DNA of 63,694 nucleotides, filler included. It is 3 parts of 3 records of this genome, joined end to end, with 100 filler letters (N's around TTAATTAATTAA, not from the genome) between each part and the next. Parts side by side here need not be neighbours in the genome. Positions count along the whole stretch, not along the records: positions 1 to 23,211 come from DRR378314_96; 2 more parts are not named here. One strand, written 5' to 3'. Shown piece after piece: positions 1 to 7,600 of this stretch. A program made the position numbers and the translations under genes. Each line of letters begins with the position of its first letter. Positions within the stretch are counted from its first letter, which is position 1. The notes beneath the pieces are model-generated. The model was not told the DNA's origin and searched no databases. It saw only the letters and a program-made list of their open reading frames with translations.

Positions 1-28
1 GTCCCTGGTTCGAGCCCAGGTGGGACCA
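1..28 (+). tRNA. 3' end of a tRNA gene (or its att-site duplicate): T-arm, acceptor 3' strand and discriminator; CCA not encoded; isotype not determinable from this fragment (resembles Flavobacteriaceae CAT-anticodon tRNAs)
   Basis: CCTGG-TTCGAGC-CCAGG T-arm at 4-20, then TGGGACC + A, followed by CTA rather than CCA; truncated by the contig start. Confidence 0.85.
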
Positions 29-39
29 CTAGTAAAATC

Positions 40-67
40 AAGCCTTCCCAGATGGGAGGGCTTTTTT
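40..67 (+). terminator. Rho-independent terminator after the tRNA
   Basis: AAGCCTTCCCA-GA-TGGGAGGGCTT stem followed by a T-run. Confidence 0.8.
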
Positions 68-159
68 GTTGGCATTGGGTACAACATAGGTACAACATTT
101 ATTTTCCGTTCCATTTCTTCACTTTTGATTATATTTATTACCAGGAAGATTGGATCTCA

Positions 160-834
160 ATGGAAAAATTCATCCAAAACGCCGGTAGGGCACTTGCCAG
201 GGTACGGACCGCCACCAATGATTTTCTGAACGAAAGGATCGGTGGCAATAGGAGGAACCTGATCTTTTTTCTAGTTTCCGTATATATCCTATTCATACTT
301 CTTGTTTCGGCCGTCATCAATTTTAGGTCGCTTATCGACCATTATCCGATATATCTTGGACTATTATTAGTTCTGGTAATTGTCATATTTTGGGTGGCCG
401 TTTTTTATGAGTCCGAATCCCATATGACAAAGGACGGACATGGATTTGCTATGGAGCGGTTAAAGAGGTCAAGGATGAGATTCCATCTTCTGGATCTGGA
501 CCCCGATGGAGGAAAAGAGTTCGAACGCATACTTTTGGGCAGGAATGTCAACAACAAGATCAATTTTACCATGGGCAACAAAAGTGGGGAATCGGCAAAC
601 CACCGCATTCTATTTGTCCTGTTCGATGAGATCATAGTGGGAGGAGTTACCGAGATTACCGGGGAACGGAAACAGGAATTCTTCCAATTTCTGCAAAATT
701 CCTTTATGATGAACGGTGAACCGATCAACCCCAATACCCTAAAGTCCAGTTTTTCCTCTTGGAAGACCGATCAGGAAAAGACAAACTCCAAGAACCAGCG
801 CAAATTGGTGAAACAAATGCTCGGCAAAGCATAA
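160..834 (+). CDS. Hypothetical membrane protein (2 N-terminal TM helices plus soluble C-terminal domain) of the element
   Basis: ORF 52..834, likely start ATG160 (MEKFIQ); two hydrophobic segments. Confidence 0.65.
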   Translation: MEKFIQNAGRALARVRTATNDFLNERIGGNRRNLIFFLVSVYILFILLVSAVINFRSLIDHYPIYLGLLLVLVIVIFWVAVFYESESHMTKDGHGFAMERLKRSRMRFHLLDLDPDGGKEFERILLGRNVNNKINFTMGNKSGESANHRILFVLFDEIIVGGVTEITGERKQEFFQFLQNSFMMNGEPINPNTLKSSFSSWKTDQEKTNSKNQRKLVKQMLGKA

Positions 835-894
835 TTATAGCATAATCCTTTCCAAGGCCCGATTATCGTATTGACATGTGCATATCTGTTGCCA

Positions 895-902
895 TATGTT
901 TG
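895..902 (+). promoter_or_regulatory. Bacteroidota sigma70 -7 element (TAnnTTTG) upstream of the xis-like gene
   Basis: TATGTTTG 60 nt upstream of ATG962. Confidence 0.5.
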
Positions 903-961
903 TCCCGTACAAAAGAGCGATCGGCCGGTTGCACATTCTTCAAAATCCTAAAAATACGATA

Positions 962-1252
962 ATGGAAAATCAACAGGATGTGGTAACACTACTAACAGAG
1001 ATCAAGGGGCTATTGGCCCACAACAAAAAAACGCTCAATGTGGAGGACCTCGCGCAATACACTGGCCTTTCCAAGAGCAAGATCTACAAGCTTACCCAAC
1101 AGAAGCTTATCCCCATGGGGAACAATCCCCATATCAGACAAAAATTCTTCGACAAGGACACCATTGATGCCTGGCTCCTGGGGGAACCCGATCTTTCCGA
1201 TGAGACTCTGGAACATAGGTTCAACCAGTCTTTAATAAAGAATAGGAGGTAA
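962..1252 (+). CDS. Excisionase/AlpA-like HTH DNA-binding protein
   Basis: KKTLNVEDLAQYTGLSKSKIYKLT...FFDKDTIDAWL, an HTH_17-type signature. Confidence 0.85.
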   Translation: MENQQDVVTLLTEIKGLLAHNKKTLNVEDLAQYTGLSKSKIYKLTQQKLIPMGNNPHIRQKFFDKDTIDAWLLGEPDLSDETLEHRFNQSLIKNRR

Positions 1253-1256
1253 ACGG

Positions 1257-1721
1257 ATGTCCATTGGTATGGAACCTACAGAAAGAAATTTTCAGGGCAT
1301 CTGGATACCCAGATCGATCTATCTGAACAAGGAGGCGAACTGGTACGCGAAGATCCTGTTTATGGAGATACACAGCTTTACCGAAAATGGGAAGGAATGC
1401 TATATGTCCAACAGGTATATCGCCTCCTTCCTTCACATTTCCGAACGACAGGTCAGCAGGTATATTTCCGAACTGAAATCCCTGGGCTGGATAGAGGAGA
1501 CCTCCTTCAACGGAAGGAAGCGCTATCTGAGAAGTCTGCTCCGTTTCGGGTTCAAAATTGGCGACTCTGCCCCGACAATGGTGTCCGGGCTGCCTGGACA
1601 GAAATGTCGTGGCAGCATGGACAAAAATGTCAAGTATACTAAACAAGTAACAAAACAAGAAAAAAAAGAATTTACCTTTTTAAAAGAAGGAAATAAAAAT
1701 AGAAGTCCAATATTGGAATAA
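1257..1721 (+). CDS. HTH-domain replication-initiator-like protein
   Basis: FQGIWIP...CYMSNRYIASFLHISERQVSRYISELKSLGWI winged-HTH typical of phage/ICE replication proteins. Confidence 0.7.
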   Translation: MSIGMEPTERNFQGIWIPRSIYLNKEANWYAKILFMEIHSFTENGKECYMSNRYIASFLHISERQVSRYISELKSLGWIEETSFNGRKRYLRSLLRFGFKIGDSAPTMVSGLPGQKCRGSMDKNVKYTKQVTKQEKKEFTFLKEGNKNRSPILE

Positions 1722-1726
1722 TCGAT

Positions 1727-2389
1727 ATGGAAAAGGAATGGTCCAATCAATTTCGGAGGAAGCAAACGGAACCAAAACCGCTATGCGCCCCAGAGCTTTT
1801 TAAAAAAGTTTTTTATAGGGCGGCACAGGAATTTTATGCCCGGATGGATCTCGATTTTGAAGTGGACGGGACCAACAAAAATTTCCTCGGGCATTTCTGC
1901 AGGTATTGGAACAGGGATCCAACATTCGAACTTGTGGAAAATATCTCTTTGGGAAAGGGATTGATGGTCTTCGGTTCCTACGGCACCGGAAAGACATCGA
2001 GTTTTAAGATCATCCAGAACATGAGCAAACAATATGGTCTAAGGGCACTGTGGTTCCCCTCCATAAGTGCCCAGGAAGTAGTGGACAAGTACAATGAGGA
2101 AAAGAACAAGGACGATGTCATAAAATATTATTCGAAGGGAAATTTTCTGTTCGATGACCTGGGATCCGAAACGGTGGCGAACAATGTCTACCAATACGGA
2201 AAGGAGGATATATTCGTCAGGATATTGCTCAACCGTTACCGAAATTTTGAGGAACTTGGGACAAAGACCCATATCACTACCAACCTTAACGATTCCCAAC
2301 TAGAAGACCGTTACGGAAGACAGATCTCGGACCGGTTCGTAAGAATGTTCAACCAGTTAAAGTTGGACGGCCCAAGTCGGAGAAAGTAG
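1727..2389 (+). CDS. DnaC/IstB-like P-loop ATPase
   Basis: Walker A GSYGTGKT, Walker B FLFDDLG, THITTN, YG..ISDR arginine finger. Confidence 0.85.
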   Translation: MEKEWSNQFRRKQTEPKPLCAPELFKKVFYRAAQEFYARMDLDFEVDGTNKNFLGHFCRYWNRDPTFELVENISLGKGLMVFGSYGTGKTSSFKIIQNMSKQYGLRALWFPSISAQEVVDKYNEEKNKDDVIKYYSKGNFLFDDLGSETVANNVYQYGKEDIFVRILLNRYRNFEELGTKTHITTNLNDSQLEDRYGRQISDRFVRMFNQLKLDGPSRRK

Positions 2390-3372
2390 CTGGTGAAAAG
2401 AAAAACAAAATTTGAGGGTCTGTGTTAAAGTACAAGAAGAGTATTCGAAAAACCGGTAGCGTAGCGTATGAGGTTTGGAATAGCAAGAGGGTAACACGCC
2501 AAGGCGGTGTTACAGTTGGTAAAGGGTTGGTTTTTAGTCTCTTATTTACAAATCAAATTGAAGACGATGTCCTATTATTACTGTAAATCAACTTGAAGGG
2601 CCCAAAATCATTGGAGTTTTTACTGTAAATAATATCCTAGTGATAGTTTCTGAAAGCCAGATTACCATTGGATATGGCCCATAAAACTTCGAAATGCTTA
2701 TGATGAAGTTGTAAAAAAATTGCTATTGCAAGTCACTATTTGATGATTTAGAAAAACAAATCCAGTACCTGCGGAAGTTGAAAAACGTCAGTATTTTTCA
2801 ACCTCCTCAAGACCGCTGATAAAAACATGGGTCATAGAAAAAATGTCCCATGCTTTTATCTTTGCCAGCGCACGGTCATTTACTTTGGATGAAATGCGAA
2901 ATAAAAAAATGACATAAGTAGGTGCGCCCTAATCCGATTTTATTTTACGCTTATCTTCCCGAAAACTATAAAATCGAATTAGGATCCATGCGCAAAGTTT
3001 GCAGGTAAGATTTGGGGTTAATAGGATCTCCATTGAAATAAAGGTTTGTTGATTATAGGCAATCGGTTAATGTTAAGAATGAAAAATAAATGTTGAAAAA
3101 ATATCTAGGTTTAAATATAAATTTGAACCTTTTTAGTAATAGATATTTCGGATAATATTTGTTAGTGTAAAAATGGGAATATTGAACCTTTAAACGGATT
3201 CACTTACTGTTCTAATGACAAAGTGAAATTTCGATTAATAACAATTATTCTAGTCCTTTATATATATTAAAATCACGATTTCGTACAAAAAGAGAAGGCA
3301 TAGGTTTTAATTAGTTCTATTTTAGTATTAAAAGATTTATTAACATTTTATTAGATACTTAAAAACAAAATA

Positions 3373-4152
3373 GTGATAGTATACAGTTATAGCCATATTG
3401 GAAAAAAAAACAATAATGAGGATGCTCTGCGATATAATAAATGGTGCCTTTTGGTATGTGATGGTGTTGGAGGGGGAGTAAAAGGGGAATTGGCAAGTAA
3501 AGAAGTTTCGGATTATATCTTACAAAATTTTGACAATGAGCCATTGAATGGACCAAGGTTAATGGAATTGGCCCGGAAGGCCCAAAGTCGATTGAATAAC
3601 TTAGTATCCAAGGAACCTAGTTTGGAAGGTATGGCGACAACCATAGCGGCAATTTTTTTGACAAAAACAGGACTTTTTACTATGCATGCCGGTGATAGTC
3701 GAGTGTTTATTGTAAAACCTAAAAAGAAAAAATTTTGGCAAACTTGGGATCATTCCTTGGTATCATCCTTGGTTAGAACAGGTGAGATAACACGGGAACA
3801 GGCAAGGAAGCATCCTCTAAACAATCAAATTAATAAAGCATTCATAGCTAATATGGAAAATAGTACCATTGAACCAGAGATACATCTTTTGTCGGATATA
3901 GCGGAGGGCGATATATGTTTTATATGTTCGGATGGTGTATTGGAAGCTTTTTCGGATTATGAGCTCTTAAGTTTATTAAGCGAAGAAAAGTTGAATTTGA
4001 ATCAAAAACTGGTACATATACAGCAAAGGTGCAAAAAAGATAGCAGGGATAATCATTCGGCTATAATTGCTGTATTTGAAAAAAAAGACATAAACTTTTT
4101 TTCTGATTATCCAACAAATTGGTCTTTAATAGATTATCTAGCCACAAGTTAA
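3373..4152 (+). CDS. PP2C/PPM-family Ser/Thr protein phosphatase
   Basis: NEDA, VCDGVGG, MATT, HAGDSRV, DHS, ICSDG and RDN motifs; GTG start. Confidence 0.92.
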   Translation: MIVYSYSHIGKKNNNEDALRYNKWCLLVCDGVGGGVKGELASKEVSDYILQNFDNEPLNGPRLMELARKAQSRLNNLVSKEPSLEGMATTIAAIFLTKTGLFTMHAGDSRVFIVKPKKKKFWQTWDHSLVSSLVRTGEITREQARKHPLNNQINKAFIANMENSTIEPEIHLLSDIAEGDICFICSDGVLEAFSDYELLSLLSEEKLNLNQKLVHIQQRCKKDSRDNHSAIIAVFEKKDINFFSDYPTNWSLIDYLATS

Positions 4153-4201
4153 GTTTTAAAACCATTTTTTTTTATTTTGCTTGGCAAAATAAGTTATAGG
4201 A

Positions 4202-4936
4202 GTGGTTACTAAGGATACCTTATTAGAATTTGAAAACTTTCCCGATTTAGAATCTGAAGAAAGCATAAAAAGGCAATGGGCATTAAATAAAAATGTTTTT
4301 GTGGATAATGGCGAAAAACTGGTCTTTTTTTATCTTGAAGATAACCAGTTGGAAGATAGGATTAAACTTAGGGGTTTTTTAAGCTATTACAGAAATAACG
4401 AAAGGGAGCTTAACAAACAAAAAAATTTAAATAAGCATGCCAGAATAGTGGTTACGGTTAGGGAGGCTTCTCTTTTTTATAATTTTTATGGATGGGAGGA
4501 AGATATTTCATTTTGTTACAATTTGGACAATGATCCCAGTGATGTAATGAAAAAATTGGTAAATAGGTTAATGTACTATCCATTTGATAAAAATGCGCCT
4601 ATAGAGAAAATGAAAATAAAATCAAAAGGAAGTTTTGATCTGGAATTCATTTCTGATATCTGTTATTGTGTGGCTTCCCAAAACTATACCGAGATTCATT
4701 TGGCCAATGGAAAAAAAAGATTGGAAAGCAAAGCCATTGCGTTTATTGAACAAAGATTACGCAATATTTCATGTATTCAAAAAGTGGGTAGATCCTATAT
4801 GATCAATAGAAATAGAATTTTAAAGGTCGATGCAGAAAAAGTGTGGTTTACGGCAAACCATGGTTGTCCTTCACGTATAGTGAGTCTAGGGCCGGAGTAT
4901 ATAAAAAGAATCCGAAAATTTGTTTACTGGTACTGA
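4202..4936 (+). CDS. LytTR DNA-binding domain protein without a canonical receiver domain
   Basis: C-terminal ISDICYCVASQNYTEIHL...IQKVGRSYMINRNRI; N-terminal half unrecognised. Confidence 0.8.
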   Translation: MVTKDTLLEFENFPDLESEESIKRQWALNKNVFVDNGEKLVFFYLEDNQLEDRIKLRGFLSYYRNNERELNKQKNLNKHARIVVTVREASLFYNFYGWEEDISFCYNLDNDPSDVMKKLVNRLMYYPFDKNAPIEKMKIKSKGSFDLEFISDICYCVASQNYTEIHLANGKKRLESKAIAFIEQRLRNISCIQKVGRSYMINRNRILKVDAEKVWFTANHGCPSRIVSLGPEYIKRIRKFVYWY

Positions 4937-4937
4937 T

Positions 4938-5606
4938 ATGAAATTTACTATAGGAAGAAATGGGGATAACAATTATATAGTAGGCAACGATACTGTAAGT
5001 GGTCATCATGCGGAAATTCTTGTTTCAGATGATTATAAAAATTTTACCCTTGTTGATCTGGAATCAACGAATGGTACCTACGTTAACGAAATAGAGATTG
5101 TATCAAAGAAGATCACGTCAAAGGATGTAATCCGGTTTGGCAGCCATAGAACAGACCAGGGGAATTTATTCGATCAGTTAACAAAATATATAAAATCCCA
5201 AAGAACGGATTTTACCCAGGAGTTTGGCCAGCTCCTTAAGATAGAAGCTGCCTATAAGACCAAACGAAGGAGCCTTAATAAAAATTATAGGCTCATTGCC
5301 ATGTTGCCAAGATTGGTCATAACGGTATTGGTGGTAGTGGTAATTTACTTTTTTCCCAATATAAAATCGGAATTGAGGTATCCACTGATGATTGGCGCAA
5401 CATTTTTAGGAAGTACCATTTCAACCTTGGGCATTTCAGAAAGAAAAAAAGAAGAACTTTTGGACGAACTGAAAACCGAGTTTCAACTAAATTTTGTATG
5501 CCCTAAATGCGGTTCCGAGTTATCGGGCAAGGAAGGTATTTTTTGGAAAGAGAAAAAAGCATGTAGAAATAAACAATGTAATGCCACTTGGCAAATTAAA
5601 TCGTAA
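4938..5606 (+). CDS. FHA-domain protein with two TM helices and a C-terminal zinc ribbon
   Basis: FTIGR...VSGHHA...DLESTNGTYVN FHA; TM pair; CPKCG...CRNKQC. Confidence 0.9.
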   Translation: MKFTIGRNGDNNYIVGNDTVSGHHAEILVSDDYKNFTLVDLESTNGTYVNEIEIVSKKITSKDVIRFGSHRTDQGNLFDQLTKYIKSQRTDFTQEFGQLLKIEAAYKTKRRSLNKNYRLIAMLPRLVITVLVVVVIYFFPNIKSELRYPLMIGATFLGSTISTLGISERKKEELLDELKTEFQLNFVCPKCGSELSGKEGIFWKEKKACRNKQCNATWQIKS

Positions 5607-5608
5607 TT

Positions 5609-5857
5609 ATGAAAGATCTTATCTATGAAATAGAAGTTGATGAACCTTCTATTATTGAGGAGCTTCATGTAAGTGAAAACAATTTCATTGAATTGGACTA
5701 TAGTTATTTGGACGAAGAGATTGAAAGGGAGGTACAGATGGATGCTGATATTGAAGATTCTCTTTATGATGATGAAATAAATGATGATAATGTAGAGGGA
5801 ATGGACGATAATGACGATGACACCTACGACGATGATAATGAGGACCTAGAATTTTAG
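5609..5857 (+). CDS. Small highly acidic protein
   Basis: 82 aa with about 36 Asp/Glu; 2-nt gaps to both neighbours. Confidence 0.65.
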   Translation: MKDLIYEIEVDEPSIIEELHVSENNFIELDYSYLDEEIEREVQMDADIEDSLYDDEINDDNVEGMDDNDDDTYDDDNEDLEF

Positions 5858-5859
5858 AT

Positions 5860-6447
5860 ATGCAGCATACGTGTAAATCTTGTGGGACCAGAGTAAAAAT
5901 ACCGGAGGAATGGATCCTGATAGGACTGGATCAAAGAATAAAATGTCAGGTATGCGGCAATCGAGTTAATCTCAAAATAAAAGAATTTATTGATAAAACA
6001 AATTCTACGATGTCTAAGGGTAAATCCCAAAAAGGCACTGTCATCATAGCCCCAAAAAAGGAAACAAACACAAGTTGCCGCCTTTCCATTACCAATGGGT
6101 ATACGAATACGACCCTTGCCATATTGGATATCGATACCCGTAAGACCTATATTGTGGGTAGAAGCGTACAAAAAATAAATTTGATGGACCAAAGCGCTGA
6201 GCCTATCATAATACCTACCGAATTTGATTCAGCAGTTTCCCGAGTACATTTTGAACTAAAATTCAGATCCATAAACGGCAGGTCAAAAATTGCGATCAAA
6301 GATTTAAATAGCCTGCATAAAACCCATTTGTTGAGGGACGGAAAATCCCAAACCGTGGAGGCTCAGGAACAAGTTTTTGTGGATATATCGGATACCATAA
6401 AAATTGGGCAGAATACTTTAATTGGTTTTTCAAAGAGCGATTTTTAG
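5860..6447 (+). CDS. Zinc-ribbon plus FHA-domain protein
   Basis: N-terminal CKSC...CQVC; C-terminal VGRS...AVSRVH...KDLNSLHKT FHA. Confidence 0.85.
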   Translation: MQHTCKSCGTRVKIPEEWILIGLDQRIKCQVCGNRVNLKIKEFIDKTNSTMSKGKSQKGTVIIAPKKETNTSCRLSITNGYTNTTLAILDIDTRKTYIVGRSVQKINLMDQSAEPIIIPTEFDSAVSRVHFELKFRSINGRSKIAIKDLNSLHKTHLLRDGKSQTVEAQEQVFVDISDTIKIGQNTLIGFSKSDF

Positions 6448-6532
6448 TCTTTGATATATCAAAAAGCCAGTTTCGTGTAAGAAAAGAATGGCTATAACAT
6501 TGGTGATACTAGTTTTAAATTAAAATAAGTCA

Positions 6533-7240
6533 ATGAGCAAAGAAAATATAAAATTAAAGGTGAACCCCAACCAAGGTAAAAAACTCACTTTTAGAGTTAC
6601 ACCAGAAGGAGCCCAGTTATTAAAGAAGGGTCAAATGCCTTTGTCGGTTTTGGCAGGACTGTTAGGAGGTATAGGAGGTGTTAAGGGTTTTGAATATGCC
6701 AAGGATAGATATGCACAAAGGGATGATTCGTCAGGTAATGATGATATTGAGGATGTAGATATCGAAGAAGATTCCAATGACCTATGCGAATATGAAGTGC
6801 CCACCTCTGTTGAGTTTTCGGAAAGTGTAACAGATGAAATGTCCTTTAATCAAGCTTTTCAAACGGCAAGGGAAGAATTGGGACAAGGAGGTTTTTTTAC
6901 ATGGAGAGGGCAATATTATAATACCTATAATAAAGAGGAATGGGATTCATTTTCTGAGGAGGATAAAAAGGAATTTTTCAAAATGTTCCAGGAGAATACT
7001 GATTTTGAAAACGGAAAGGATAACTCCAATGAAGATACTATAGTTCCAGATCACGGGGGGAGTGAACCAGACCCCAATAGGAACCAGGAAAAAGAACAGG
7101 AAGGCGATGACGGAAACGAAAGTAGTGAAATTGAAGAAGTAAGCTTGGAGGAAATTGGTTCGGATGAAGAAATTATAGATGGTTTAAATGACGGGGAAGC
7201 GTACACGGAAGAAGATAATTATGGAGAAGATATTACATAA
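6533..7240 (+). CDS. Acidic protein with a Gly-rich hydrophobic segment and an SFnqAF..AR...G.GG.F.WRG..YNTY motif
   Basis: 235-aa ORF; motif flanked by low-complexity acidic regions. Confidence 0.75.
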   Translation: MSKENIKLKVNPNQGKKLTFRVTPEGAQLLKKGQMPLSVLAGLLGGIGGVKGFEYAKDRYAQRDDSSGNDDIEDVDIEEDSNDLCEYEVPTSVEFSESVTDEMSFNQAFQTAREELGQGGFFTWRGQYYNTYNKEEWDSFSEEDKKEFFKMFQENTDFENGKDNSNEDTIVPDHGGSEPDPNRNQEKEQEGDDGNESSEIEEVSLEEIGSDEEIIDGLNDGEAYTEEDNYGEDIT

Positions 7241-7244
7241 AGCA

Positions 7245-7595
7245 ATGGATAGGAAAAGATTGTTTTCCTTATTTCTTTTAATGCTTACGGTGTGCGTTTC
7301 ATGTACATCAACAAAGAAATTAACCGTTGGGGAAGAATTTAAAATTGTATTGGAGGGTGAAGGTGATGGAGGATTTTCTTGGCAATTTGTAGAAAATCCG
7401 GAAATCGTATTGACCGATTCTTTAAAAATAGACAAGGAAAAGGAAAATGGCCTTTCTGAATTCTCCAAAGTTTTTGTTTTAAAAAGTTTTAAATCGGGTT
7501 CATATATTTTACAATTTAAAAAAATAAGAAGTTTTGATCCCGATTTAATTTTAGAGGGTCACTTAAAAGAAATAACAGTCAACATTAAGAAATAG
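7245..7595 (+). CDS. Lipoprotein, chagasin/I42 cysteine-protease-inhibitor-like
   Basis: Lipobox CVSC; VGEEFKIVL-EGEGDGGFSW (cf. NPTTGYxW) and GSYILQFKKIRSF (cf. RPW/F); directly upstream of a C1A protease. Confidence 0.7.
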   Translation: MDRKRLFSLFLLMLTVCVSCTSTKKLTVGEEFKIVLEGEGDGGFSWQFVENPEIVLTDSLKIDKEKENGLSEFSKVFVLKSFKSGSYILQFKKIRSFDPDLILEGHLKEITVNIKK

Positions 7596-7600
7596 ATAAA

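Larger units (their letters stand above)
1..2513 (+). mobile_element. Backbone remnant of a tRNA-anchored Bacteroidota integrative/mobilizable element (hypothetical, xis-like HTH, HTH replication protein, P-loop ATPase, oriT-like repeat)
   Basis: Gene order next to a tRNA 3' end; higher GC than the downstream cargo; no integrase in this contig. Confidence 0.65.

Noticed and set aside
1727-2389. IS21 element from the IstB-like ATPase
   Set aside because: No IstA transposase or terminal inverted repeats; context fits an ICE/phage replication module
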